Source: an uncultured Pseudomonadales bacterium
Lineage (GTDB): Bacteria; Patescibacteriota; Microgenomatia; UBA1400; MFAQ01
Length of the DNA stretch: 60,648 nt
Reading direction: 5' to 3'
NCBI GenBank assembly: GCA_964348455.1
Contig: CAYGCQ010000005.1
Coordinates: forward strand, 1 to 60,648
The stretch's first letter is position 1. The number at the start of each line of letters is the position of its first letter. Shown here piece after piece: positions 1-9,245 of the stretch. Under the pieces are notes generated by a model, which did no database searches, was not told where the DNA came from, and worked only from the letters and a program-made list of their open reading frames with translations. The translations under genes and the position numbers were made by a program.

Positions 1-1218
1 ACTATTTTTGGTCGCTTTTTTCAGAGTGTTCAGAATATTTTTCTAACTATTTTTATCTTATTCAGTACGGCTCAGCTAGCCGAAAGTATTTTTTCTTTTT
101 ACCTCATTTTCTTTATCGTTCTTATATTACATTTCTGTAATCAACAGGTCATTCCTGCGAAGGCAGGAATCCATCAAATAGGTATTAATTTAAATAGATT
201 CCCGATCAAGTCGGGAATGACACGAAAAATAATACTGCAACTAATATTTGCATTACCTCTCTGGCTTACCCTACTCTTCCCCTACTTACAACTTCATTTA
301 AAATACCCCGAAGCTACCCGCCCCATTCGAGATGCAGCCCATTTTTCTCTCGGCTTAGAAGAAATCTTTACCAAGTACCAAAGCTGGACAGTAATAATAT
401 TGTTTTTAGCATCAATACTGGCGAAGGCGATCATCTCTTTTGGCGAGTCTTCGCAGTCCCGAAATGCTTGGTCCCGCGTTTGGCGGGATTTCGGGGCAAG
501 AATACAGATAATCCGCGTTCGCAGGAAACGCGGAATTATCGGTCGCCACCAAAGAGATATCGACGAAAGCCAATTTGAATGGATGCGAAAAACATTTAAA
601 ATCATATTACTCTTCTCCCTAATCATGCCTCTTGGGCCAGTACTAAAAATTTTTGGCACAAATTTGAGAATCTTCGGCTTCCCCATTCCCCTTCCCTATT
701 CACTTTTCTATTATTTATTCCCCGGTTTCACTGGCTTTCGTACTCCAAGTCGTTTTATCGTGCTAGCGTTACTATCCGGTGTTATCTTAATCGGCTACAA
801 CCTAAAACCAATATTTCAAAAACTTACCTCAAGAACAAAATTTGTGTTTATCTTGCTTATCTTTTCCCTCTTGATGTTAGAAGCAGACTTACCTCTTACT
901 GGTTACCCTGTAAACATCAACATGCACCCCTTATACCAAGAGGTAAAAAATCTACCGACTGACGCTGTTATCATTGAACTCCCCATCAAGCTTTGGAACA
1001 TGCCGGACCACGAAATCGAGTCAATTCGATCACTTTACACTCTTTCTCATAATCACCGCCGTTTTGGTGGCTTTTCCGGATTCGCTACCGATAGCTGGAT
1101 AGATCTGACGAATAAAATAAATGCCAACGGTTTAGATCAGGAAAATCTTTCTAAATTAAAAACTCTCGGAGTCACCCACATTATTGAGGACAATCAACTA
1201 ACCCCACTTGAGTTCTAG
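1..1218 (+). CDS. polytopic membrane protein (5' end outside window) carrying an in-frame palindromic-repeat insertion
   Basis: Frame 1 has no stop from nt 1 into tracked ORF 217..1218. Hydrophobic helices lie on both sides. The tracked ATG at 217 sits inside the repeat, which reads VIPAKAGIHQIGINLNRFPIKSGMT. Confidence 0.55.
   Translation, partial: TIFGRFFQSVQNIFLTIFILFSTAQLAESIFSFYLIFFIVLILHFCNQQVIPAKAGIHQIGINLNRFPIKSGMTRKIILQLIFALPLWLTLLFPYLQLHLKYPEATRPIRDAAHFSLGLEEIFTKYQSWTVIILFLASILAKAIISFGESSQSRNAWSRVWRDFGARIQIIRVRRKRGIIGRHQRDIDESQFEWMRKTFKIILLFSLIMPLGPVLKIFGTNLRIFGFPIPLPYSLFYYLFPGFTGFRTPSRFIVLALLSGVILIGYNLKPIFQKLTSRTKFVFILLIFSLLMLEADLPLTGYPVNINMHPLYQEVKNLPTDAVIIELPIKLWNMPDHEIESIRSLYTLSHNHRRFGGFSGFATDSWIDLTNKINANGLDQENLSKLKTLGVTHIIEDNQLTPLEF
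148..221. repeat. MITE-like palindromic element, family A, full copy inside a CDS
   Basis: Terminal inverted repeats gtcattcc / ggaatgac. Two internal hairpins (attcctgc-gaa-ggcaggaat and attcccga-tcaa-gtcgggaat). Related copies at 13845, 29410, 36505 and 41461. Confidence 0.8.
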
Positions 1219-1242
1219 AGTTCTTGCTTCCTTGAGTTCTTT

Positions 1243-1695
1243 TTATTCCTTCTGCCTATCCGTCTCCCCATGTGAACCACCCTTTGCTTTTCTCAATAGA
1301 CTTTGGACAAAACTTTCTTTCTTCTGTTTCTCTTGTGCTCCCTTTTGCTGGTTAACTCTTTCCTCTTGGGCTTTTTCCTGAGCAATCTGCTGATCCTGCT
1401 GCTGCTTTCTCTGTCTGTATTGATCCAGTTCCGATTTTACCTTGTTATACTGCTGAACATCCTTCTGCTTTGCTTCAGCTTTTCTTCTTTCCCTGTCCAT
1501 ATCAGTCGGTTCTTTAGGCTTATCTGTTTGAGGTGTACCAACTCCACTCGGAGCCCCCATGATTTGTTCAATAGTGGTTTGTGCCAAGTCAGTCCCAGTC
1601 TTAGCTACAGACTTCGCAGTGCTTTTTCCAAGCTCAAATAGATTGTCGGCCACTTGCTGGCCAATTCCTCCCATAGGTGCGGGCATTACATTCAT
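1243..1695 (-). CDS. hypothetical K/Q/E-rich charged protein
   Basis: 150-aa ORF with a low-complexity coiled-coil-like C-terminal half. The antisense ORF 1303..1641 is a shadow. Confidence 0.5.
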   Translation of the reverse strand: MNVMPAPMGGIGQQVADNLFELGKSTAKSVAKTGTDLAQTTIEQIMGAPSGVGTPQTDKPKEPTDMDRERRKAEAKQKDVQQYNKVKSELDQYRQRKQQQDQQIAQEKAQEERVNQQKGAQEKQKKESFVQSLLRKAKGGSHGETDRQKE

Positions 1696-1947
1696 TTAAT
1701 CACAAATAGCGCCTTCTTTTATTTGTTAGCTTTTGCCCTGAGGGGTTCTCTAGTTTTTTATCCACTCTTTCCTCTGGCCTCACCATTTTGTCAGCAAATT
1801 CTTTTTTCAAATCAACACCCACTTATTTCTGCTCTTCATTCATGCTACTTCCAACTTTCAGTACTTATTTTTCGCCCTCAATGCAACTTCTTTAAAAACT
1901 ATGCCCTTATTTGACCACAAAAATGAACCAGAGTTTCAAGGGCAAGA

Positions 1948-2556
1948 TTACATCTCTCCCCGACCTTCAAGAGCCCTCGTCAATGTCTGCCCGTCAGCAT
2001 ACTCAATATCAGCCCCAGTAGGAAGTCCTCGACCAATCCTAGTAACTTTGATAGTTTCTCTTAAACCCAGTTCCTTCATTCTTTCTGTGATAAACATTGC
2101 AGTTGCCTCCCCTTCCATATTTGGATTGGTCGCGATAATTAGCTCTATAATCTCTCCTGTTTTTAATCGTGCCATCAGTTGTGGAATGCGCAAGTCATTT
2201 GGACCTATACCAGCCAAAGGGTTTACCGAACCCCCCAATACATGGTAAATACCCTTGTAGCCATCGGCTCGCTCAAATGCCAGTAGATCCAGCGAGGTCT
2301 CCACCACACACACAGTACTTTTATCTCTAGTATGTTCTTGACAAACAGGACAAAACTCTTCTTCACCAACGTTAAAACATAAAGCACACAGTTTAGTATC
2401 TTTCTTCAAGTTTTCCAGCGCCTGGGCAAACTTAGTCAGTTTCTCTTGGGGAACATTCAAAAGGTAATAAGCTAAACGGGCAGCCGACTTCGGACCAATA
2501 CCGGGTAAGGATTCAAACGCATCAATAACTTTCTGAACGGGGCGGATACTTCTCAT
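1948..2556 (-). CDS. recR: recombination protein RecR
   Basis: N-terminal HhH (LPGIGPKSAARLAYYLL), C4 zinc finger (CALC..CPVC), Toprim-like C-terminus, and the classic dnaX-ybaB-recR context. Confidence 0.95.
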   Translation of the reverse strand: MRSIRPVQKVIDAFESLPGIGPKSAARLAYYLLNVPQEKLTKFAQALENLKKDTKLCALCFNVGEEEFCPVCQEHTRDKSTVCVVETSLDLLAFERADGYKGIYHVLGGSVNPLAGIGPNDLRIPQLMARLKTGEIIELIIATNPNMEGEATAMFITERMKELGLRETIKVTRIGRGLPTGADIEYADGQTLTRALEGRGEM

Positions 2557-2569
2557 ATCTTATTAAAAC

Positions 2570-3076
2570 TTACGACTCCTCCTTCTTAGGAACAAAAATA
2601 AGTGAATACAAATCTTCAGGTTCAATTGTTATTGTCGTCTTATTATCAATCATCACTTGTAAAACCGCTTTATTCTCCGGAAGAATTACAAATGGAAATT
2701 CGCCATTTAAATCAGGATAGGCACTTACTCTAGAAACAGTGATTTCTTGTAAACCATCTGAGTTTAGTGGAATATGGCTTAGGTTTTCAAGTCCCTTTTT
2801 ATCTTCATCAACTGCCATGATTTGAACTCGCAGACTGAACCCGTTTTCTTTTCCACCTACCCTATCAAAAACAATCGCATTTAGCTCTTTTTGCCCTGAC
2901 CCTTTTCTTTGCACTCCCTGCCCCATACCATTTGTAAATTCTGTCTCGGATTTTCTAAGTAGATATCCTAAAATTTCGTTCAGCTTATCAACTTCAGACG
3001 CAGGAATATTATCAATTTCTTGACCACCGGTGAGTTCAAGTAATCCAGCATCATCCTCAATTTCTACAGTAGGCAC
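2570..3076 (-). CDS. hypothetical protein inserted between ybaB and recR
   Basis: 168-aa ORF tightly packed in the operon (2-nt gap to ybaB, 13-nt gap to recR). No motif recognised. Confidence 0.6.
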   Translation of the reverse strand: MPTVEIEDDAGLLELTGGQEIDNIPASEVDKLNEILGYLLRKSETEFTNGMGQGVQRKGSGQKELNAIVFDRVGGKENGFSLRVQIMAVDEDKKGLENLSHIPLNSDGLQEITVSRVSAYPDLNGEFPFVILPENKAVLQVMIDNKTTITIEPEDLYSLIFVPKKEES

Positions 3077-3077
3077 C

Positions 3078-3371
3078 CTAAGCTCCTTTCGGCATGTTTC
3101 CTAACACCTTGGAAAGATCTCCCATGGAATCCTTCATTTCTTCAGCAGCATACTTCTGAGCTTTTGTAATAGCTTCGTTAATCACCTTTACCGCCTGATT
3201 CATGTTCTCCCCACTTACGTAAAGTTCTTTAAGCTTTCCGTCACCAGTAACAATAGCCTTCACATCTCCATCCTCAATCTCAGTCTTGTGGCCTGCTATC
3301 TTTCTCTGAAGCAAAGCTAGTTTTGTAAGGGCAGCTCCTTGAGCTCCGAATTGTTTTATTCCGTTAAACAT
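3078..3371 (-). CDS. ybaB: YbaB/EbfC family nucleoid-associated protein
   Basis: 97 aa, typical YbaB length and pattern (..VTGDGKLKELYVS..INEAITKAQ..), directly downstream of dnaX. Confidence 0.85.
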   Translation of the reverse strand: MFNGIKQFGAQGAALTKLALLQRKIAGHKTEIEDGDVKAIVTGDGKLKELYVSGENMNQAVKVINEAITKAQKYAAEEMKDSMGDLSKVLGNMPKGA

Positions 3372-3425
3372 AATATTTTAATCTAACTTGTAACCCCTAA
3401 ATTGTAGCAGAATCCCAAAAATATC

Positions 3426-4967
3426 TTAATTCCCAAATATCTTCTCGGCAGCGTCCATTACTCCTCCTGTAGTAGTCATCACATCTTCCTTCACTTCAGC
3501 AATATTTTCATCTTCAAGTAACGGCTCTGTTCGAATCACTTTATCCGTCAATATGCATCTGAAGGTCATTGGACCCCATACCTTTGCCATTTGCTCTTCG
3601 ATTAACTTTCTTTTAACATCTCTTTCAAGCATATCCAGATGGAATCTGGAGGTCACCGAAATCGTCAAAGACTTTCCTTGCACATCCACAGGAGAAACCA
3701 GTCGGAGCATTCCTGCCAAAGAACCATTGCTTGCCGACATCTTACTTAAGAAATCCACCCAGCCACTTTTAACATTCTCAATACTTACAAATCCTTCTGG
3801 ACCCGACTGAGGAACTATTGTATCCACAACAGGCCCTTCTTCCTTCTTTATCACACTTTCCGTACTAACCTTAATTATGGAATCTTTGCGGATTTCCGGA
3901 TCCGGGGCAGGCGCTTGCACTTTTGGGCGAGACCCTCCTCCGCTATCACCAAGAGCAAGCGACAAGAGAGAAATCTCCAAAGGTAGCATTGGCAAAGGTG
4001 AAATTTTAATTCTATCTGTAGCGGTAATAAGACTATCTATTATTTTTAAATAAATCTCAGGACTTTCACCATTTCTTAATTTATCTTCCATTTCCAACTT
4101 GGCAACTGTCAGTAGCGATGAGCCAAGCAGAGAGGCTTTTACCCCGGTTTTTTCCATCTCATCAAACATTATCGTTATTGCACCCGTATCGGAAGATATG
4201 ACTGCTTTCAACAACTTGGCGACTGAATGTCTCCCCACCACTCCCAAAACCTTTGCAAGTATCTCATCGGTAATCTTAGAACCATAAGTTGAAATTTGCT
4301 CGAGTATTTTATGACCCTCTCGAAAACTTCCGTCGGTTGCTTCAGCAATTTCTCTCAGAAGTTCTTTTTGAATTTCGATCTTCTCCCCCTTTACTGCTTT
4401 CATCAGAGATCCAATCACTTCATCGATAGTTGCTTTTGTAAAATTTACGCGAGCACAGCGGCTGGCAATGGTCTCCGGCACCTTTTGAGACTCCGTAGTA
4501 CAAAGAATAAACAAGGCATGTGCAGGAGGCTCTTCCAGTGTCTTCAAAAGTGCGTTGAATCCTGCGGTTGATACCATGTGAACTTCATCGATAATATAAA
4601 CCTTTTTCGTCAGTTGTACCGGTGATAATCTCACCCTGTCTCTCAACTCCCTAATGTCATCAACCAACCCATTACTGGCCGCATCAATTTCTACCACATC
4701 GACTCCACTCCCTCTACCAATAACCTTACATGCCTCACACTCTCCACAAGGTTCAAAATAATTGTTGGCTATACCTTGATTCTTCTCACAATTAACTATT
4801 TGTGCCAAAATTCTGGCAGTACTTGTTTTCCCTGAACCACGAGGGCCTACAAACAAATACGCATGGGAAATTTTTCCTGAAGATAAAGTCGAAAGTAATA
4901 CATCACGGACCGACGCCAAGTCTAGTTCTGAAATTTTCTTTGGTCGGTATGTTTGGTAAAAACTCAC
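3426..4967 (-). CDS. dnaX: DNA polymerase III subunit gamma/tau
   Basis: Walker A GPRGSGKTS, zinc module CGECEAC, DEVHM box, SRC motif (ASRCARVNF). Confidence 0.95.
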   Translation of the reverse strand: MSFYQTYRPKKISELDLASVRDVLLSTLSSGKISHAYLFVGPRGSGKTSTARILAQIVNCEKNQGIANNYFEPCGECEACKVIGRGSGVDVVEIDAASNGLVDDIRELRDRVRLSPVQLTKKVYIIDEVHMVSTAGFNALLKTLEEPPAHALFILCTTESQKVPETIASRCARVNFTKATIDEVIGSLMKAVKGEKIEIQKELLREIAEATDGSFREGHKILEQISTYGSKITDEILAKVLGVVGRHSVAKLLKAVISSDTGAITIMFDEMEKTGVKASLLGSSLLTVAKLEMEDKLRNGESPEIYLKIIDSLITATDRIKISPLPMLPLEISLLSLALGDSGGGSRPKVQAPAPDPEIRKDSIIKVSTESVIKKEEGPVVDTIVPQSGPEGFVSIENVKSGWVDFLSKMSASNGSLAGMLRLVSPVDVQGKSLTISVTSRFHLDMLERDVKRKLIEEQMAKVWGPMTFRCILTDKVIRTEPLLEDENIAEVKEDVMTTTGGVMDAAEKIFGN

Positions 4968-5161
4968 ATGTACAACTTATGGCTTTTTACGCTCGGTGTC
5001 AACTGCAAAAAACTTACTCATTCCCTATGCTTAGACCGCTACAGCCCATCTTTCTCTCAACCTCGTGCCTAAAAGAAAATAATGCAAAATTAATATAAGT
5101 CAAGCGAAATAAACCCGAATACTAGGTACAAAAATACCCCGGCTATATACCGGGGTAAAAA

Positions 5162-5488
5162 CTAGTGTGTCACAATCATTCTAAAAATCGTGCTCTTATC
5201 ATTCACAATTCTCTCAATCAAAATCATGTCGTTGTCATGATGGGTTACTATGACGGTTTCTTTGTTGACATCCCAAGTAATATTTCTACTTGGTAAAAGA
5301 GGGATTTTCAAAACGCCATTTTTTAATGAAAAACCTCCCTTAATTTTTCTCAGTGACAACCCTCTTGGATCGCTGCTTCTATCACCCTTAAAATATGAAA
5401 CAATTGAAAATTCCTTATCTTTCAAAAAATCAATCAGGTCCTGAGCAACTGTCGCACAATTCTCGGAAGTTACCGTTACATGAGTCAT
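5162..5488 (-). CDS. hypothetical protein
   Basis: 108-aa ORF with a GGAGG-type RBS upstream of the ATG and a terminator hairpin downstream (about 5140-5160). Confidence 0.6.
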   Translation of the reverse strand: MTHVTVTSENCATVAQDLIDFLKDKEFSIVSYFKGDRSSDPRGLSLRKIKGGFSLKNGVLKIPLLPSRNITWDVNKETVIVTHHDNDMILIERIVNDKSTIFRMIVTH

Positions 5489-5558
5489 CTAATCCTCCAT
5501 CTTTAGATAAAAGTACATTTCTATTTTACCCTAAAAACAAAAAGAGTAAAAATATATT

Positions 5559-5942
5559 TTAGTCATGATGAACACCCAAAAGGTGAAGCAAGCCATGGCA
5601 AGCCAAGAACTCAATCTCATCGTCGATCAGTTTATTCCACTGCATCGCCTGTCTCTTTGCTTGGGGATAGCAAACCACAATATCTCCCAAGTTCAAACCT
5701 TCTTCATCTTCAGGCATCTCCGCACCTTCTTCCAGTGGGAATGAGAGGACATCCGTTACTTCATCCCGATTAAAATACTTCTTTTCTAGTTCGCGAATCT
5801 TCCTCTCCCCTACTACACTCAAGGAAATAATTACTTTTCCCTGCAATCCCTGCTCAATAAGAGTTTTCTCTAACCCTGCTCGCACTTGTTTCCGGTTGAA
5901 GCTATATCTACTATCAGCAGAAATATCTAATTTTAGTTTCAT
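5559..5942 (-). CDS. ybeY: endoribonuclease YbeY (rRNA maturation)
   Basis: HGLLHLLGVHHD zinc motif. I start at the internal ATG (MKLKLDIS) because the longer tracked start at 5978 has no RBS and runs to the edge of the 169-nt repeat at 5981. Confidence 0.9.
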   Translation of the reverse strand: MKLKLDISADSRYSFNRKQVRAGLEKTLIEQGLQGKVIISLSVVGERKIRELEKKYFNRDEVTDVLSFPLEEGAEMPEDEEGLNLGDIVVCYPQAKRQAMQWNKLIDDEIEFLACHGLLHLLGVHHD

Positions 5943-5980
5943 TGCCTCTATTCTAACCCATACCACCTCTTGGCACAAAA

Positions 5981-6149
5981 TGACGTCCTCCCCGCACAGA
6001 CTCCGCTTCGCTTCGCATTGTACGGGGTTTCCTGACTGTATTTCATTTCATGCTACCAGCATATCATCGCCTTCGGCGACGACATGCTCATCCCATTCAT
6101 CCCCGCACAAGGTTTGAGTACAAACCCTTGTACGGGGTTTCCTGGGTAC
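5981..6149 (+). repeat. 169-nt structured repeat, family B, copy 1 (2 substitutions versus copies 2 and 3)
   Basis: Near-identical to 25743..25911 and 45997..46165. Contains two similar subterminal hairpins (ccccgcaca..tgtacgggg, each followed by tttcctg) and a central long hairpin with a ttc loop. Confidence 0.9.
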
Positions 6150-6176
6150 AAAAAAGCGGCCGACACTGCGACCGCT
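6150..6176 (-). terminator. intrinsic terminator of the 6184..6636 gene
   Basis: Minus strand reads agcggtcgcagtgtcggccgct followed by TTTTTT. Confidence 0.75.
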
Positions 6177-6183
6177 AAACTTA

Positions 6184-6636
6184 TTACTTAATCGGATAAA
6201 ACCTTTGGAGTTTACTATCGATACCCTCTATCGGGCCTAAAACATTCCATTCATTCATAACATACTTATGCCCAACTTCCGGTGCGGGCCAAGAAGGAGC
6301 TCCGCATCTGGCCAACATGACTAATGACGGATTCTTCTCATTCCTAAACTCATCTACGATGTAGGAATATCCATTTTGGTGTACCACACTTACATTTGTT
6401 CTGGAAACTATCCATATATTTCCCGGTACATTTTCCGGAGTCACAAGGGGTATGGGTGTTACAAGCGAGGTCGGTGTATTTTGTGGAGTAACAAATATTT
6501 GCTGGGGGGGATGATTATTCTGAGTATCAGTCGAACCCCTCCTAGACAGTAAGAACCCCAGCAGAGATACGACCACAACCAACAATATACCTAGACCAAT
6601 CCAAATATGCTTATCTTGAAGAACAAATTTATTCAC
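6184..6636 (-). CDS. hypothetical membrane-anchored protein
   Basis: GTG start 5 nt after AGGAGG, one N-terminal TM helix, Pro/Thr-rich linker. Confidence 0.65.
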   Translation of the reverse strand: MNKFVLQDKHIWIGLGILLVVVVSLLGFLLSRRGSTDTQNNHPPQQIFVTPQNTPTSLVTPIPLVTPENVPGNIWIVSRTNVSVVHQNGYSYIVDEFRNEKNPSLVMLARCGAPSWPAPEVGHKYVMNEWNVLGPIEGIDSKLQRFYPIK

Positions 6637-6736
6637 AGGGCCTCCTATCTATGAAGTTAAAGTGCTAACACCAGTATAGACTCATAAACATAAATTAGTA
6701 TAAAAAAAGACCCACGTTTGTGGGTCTGCCAAATAA

Positions 6737-7009
6737 TTAATCCCTGTAGTTACCCCTGCCCTGGTCAAAAAGAGTCTTGACATGCAGGGCTGCAAAATTG
6801 TTCGGGACTTCAACGTCACAACGGCAAATGGGGCAATACGTCCACACCACTTCAACACCAGCGTCATACTGTCCTCGTGTCTCGATGGTCCTCTTCATTT
6901 CGTCTAAAGACGACACCAAGAGCTGATGTCCATTACCACCACCATTACAAACAAACTTAAATTCCTCGATCTTTGCTTCTTCGGAACCTGACGCAACTAC
7001 TTTTGCCAT
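6737..7009 (-). CDS. hypothetical small protein with a CxxC motif
   Basis: ATG (MAKVV..) preceded by GGAGG. CPICRC motif. The overlapping ORF 6682..6867 is judged spurious. Confidence 0.55.
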   Translation of the reverse strand: MAKVVASGSEEAKIEEFKFVCNGGGNGHQLLVSSLDEMKRTIETRGQYDAGVEVVWTYCPICRCDVEVPNNFAALHVKTLFDQGRGNYRD

Positions 7010-7086
7010 TCTTGCCTCCAAAATTAGGTTAATGTTCTTACTGACTAATTATACCAAATAATATTGAGAATATGACTACCTATAGG

Positions 7087-7521
7087 TTAATTTGGGAATT
7101 TTTGCATAACCACTCGCTGAACCACTCCGCCATCGACTTTACCCTTAAGCTTGCCCATAACAGCTCCCATAAGCCGTCCGCCTGTCAAGCCGGTCTCCTT
7201 AGCCGTCTTATCTACTTCGAGCGCCACATCTTCCTCGTTCATCATGGCTGGCAGATAACCTTCAATTACGCCTAATTCATACTTTTCCTGTTCAACACGC
7301 TCCATCGAGCCAAGTTTCTCGAAAATCTCCACAGAATCACGTCTCTTTTTCGCCTCTTTCATCAAAACCTTTACGACTGCCTCATCCGGCAACTCTCCAT
7401 CTTTGAAGTCCACTTGTGCGTAGGAAAGTTCCGAAGATAGTAACTTTAATGCATCCACAAGCTTGTGATCTCCAGCCTTTTGAGCGGTTACTATATCTGA
7501 CTTAAGTTTTGAATATAACAT
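7087..7521 (-). CDS. yqeY: GatB/YqeY domain protein
   Basis: MLYSKLKSDIVTAQKAGD.. matches the YqeY N-terminus. It follows rpsU, as in many Gram-positive genomes. Start moved to the internal Met. Confidence 0.8.
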   Translation of the reverse strand: MLYSKLKSDIVTAQKAGDHKLVDALKLLSSELSYAQVDFKDGELPDEAVVKVLMKEAKKRRDSVEIFEKLGSMERVEQEKYELGVIEGYLPAMMNEEDVALEVDKTAKETGLTGGRLMGAVMGKLKGKVDGGVVQRVVMQKFPN

Positions 7522-7588
7522 AGCTAAAGTATACCCTAACCAAAAACACACCCATTTCAGATGTGTCTAAGGTGATAATTACCAGCTT

Positions 7589-7813
7589 TTACTTAGTAAT
7601 GCCTGCATTGCGTTTGTTCCGCCTTCGAATACGAGCAGAAGCTTTGCGTAGTTCTGTCATCTTGATATTCTTTACCTTGGAAGGCTTAAGGAACCCAGAC
7701 ATACCAACAGTTCTGACTTTATCAAGCCCCTGATCTTCAAAAGTCAGTTTCTTGAACTCACTAATAAGCTGTTGTGTACTTTGTCCTTGTTTTCTTTTTG
7801 CTACTAGTGCCAC
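7589..7813 (-). CDS. rpsU: 30S ribosomal protein S21
   Basis: 74 aa, very basic, with an ARIRRRNKR tail. rpsU-yqeY synteny. Confidence 0.7.
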   Translation of the reverse strand: MALVAKRKQGQSTQQLISEFKKLTFEDQGLDKVRTVGMSGFLKPSKVKNIKMTELRKASARIRRRNKRNAGITK

Positions 7814-7864
7814 AAAAAATGCACCTCTCTTTCTAATTTTTTACTTGTTTTATTAAATACTTGG

Positions 7865-8212
7865 TTAAGTCGTCCCTCCTGGTTCAGCCTTGGATCCTCC
7901 CAAAATATGAACATGTTCGTGCTCAAAGTGGGCGTACCCCATACCGTTATTTACCAGTTTGTAGGTAGAATTTTCAAGCTGAAGCTCAGAAATCACTCCA
8001 AAAACGACTGGCATCATTTTACCCCAGAACTCCCTACTTTGGCTAGTGGCAACCTCTACTTTTCTAATATGGGCCTTCGGCATCACCAGCACATGAACTT
8101 TAGCCACAGGATATTTATTCTTAATAGCTATGAAGTCATCGTTTTCCCAAACCTTCTCACAAGGCTCCTCCCCAGCCACTATCTTGCAAAACAAACAATT
8201 TTTGTCTTTCAT
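7865..8212 (-). CDS. HIT family nucleotide hydrolase
   Basis: Histidine triad HEHVHILGG, N-terminal CLFCKI zinc motif. Confidence 0.9.
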   Translation of the reverse strand: MKDKNCLFCKIVAGEEPCEKVWENDDFIAIKNKYPVAKVHVLVMPKAHIRKVEVATSQSREFWGKMMPVVFGVISELQLENSTYKLVNNGMGYAHFEHEHVHILGGSKAEPGGTT

Positions 8213-8230
8213 ATATTTATTTTATCTTAG

Positions 8231-9224
8231 TTAAATACAGTACTTCATATCAGACTTTTTCAGCCAAGGACAAACCTCTTGAGGCTTTTTATGGTGATAA
8301 ACAGGATCGATATCGGGGACGAACTCTTTCGAAACAAACGCTCCTGAAGCATCTTTCAATAATTCACCATTTTCCCTAACAACAAGACCTCTACTCACAG
8401 GCGAAAAAAAAGAGTGTGAATCTATCCGCTTATGATCAAAATAAGTAAGTGAATATCTATCCCAGTCTTCCCCGCTGTATCTCAAATAGTCTCTATATCT
8501 CTCGGCTGCCTCGGCAAGAAACTTCTCAGCATCTTCCCCAAGAATGCGAGTAACAGCCTCTCTTACACTCTCAATCCTCTGACCTTCTATAAAAGTCAGA
8601 TTATAACCAGAAAGAGCTCTCAACTTGTTTTCCGCGTATAAAGTCGAATAAACAATTCCAACCACAATATTTACGTCTGGTCTTATTCTCTCCACCACCC
8701 CAAAATCCGTTCTTGTGTAATCAGAGTATGCCCCCTTCACTTTACTCAAATTAATTTCAGCTTGACTCCCAGAACATGTAACATCATCCAAATAAACTAA
8801 GGTTTTTACCTCAGGATGATCTTTTGAAAATTCGACCAGTTTGTCTGGATGGACCAAAGTATAGTTCTTAGGAAGATCATTATGCATTATGTCCAATACC
8901 CACCATAAACTTTTTTCCTCATCATCTGCCACAATGAGCAAACTTCTGATCCCCGACCTCTTTAGAAATTTTTTTTGCCATTTCAATTGATGAATTTTTA
9001 AATTCTTCATGGCTCACTCTGGTAACCCCTTCAGCTAAAGCAGTCACCATCTCTTTTGAAGCACCATGCAAAACAGACAAATCTACCCACTCATTTTTAA
9101 GATTTTCATTAATTACCACCGGCTCAGGAACAAATGGGTATTTGCTTATCTCTTTAAATGTATCGCTTTCCAATCCCCCACCAGAAGAATATTCAGAAAA
9201 ACCCTCTTGATTAAAAGTCTGCAT
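8231..9224 (-). pseudogene. hypothetical protein split by a frameshift in an A8 homopolymer
   Basis: ORFs 8922..9224 and 8231..9010 overlap in different frames. Removing one A from the run at 8969-8976 joins ..SIEMAKK to FLKRSGIRSLLIV... The acidic motif YLDDVTCSGSQ is reminiscent of PRTase-type folds (weak). Confidence 0.6.
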
Positions 9225-9245
9225 AAACGAAAAAATATCGATGCC

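Noticed and set aside
294-686. Antisense or shadow ORFs within confident genes (for example 294..686, 1303..1641, 3553..3810, 9517..9861, 15305..15955, 23711..24118, 28263..28466, 42394..42696)
   Set aside because: Each lies opposite or out of frame within a longer ORF with recognisable homology or better start signals. Their composition is typical of shadow frames.
4968-5160. SRP (4.5S/scr) RNA upstream of dnaX, as in Bacillus-type synteny
   Set aside because: The roughly 190-nt region shows only a weak promoter and no SRP domain IV motif or extended closing helix. I treat it as the dnaX 5' UTR.
5896-6117. ORF 5896..6117 (+), and similar frames across the 169-nt repeat
   Set aside because: The frame exists only because of the repeat sequence. 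It has no RBS, and the other two repeat copies give no comparable tracked ORF, since their different upstream flanks provide no in-frame start.
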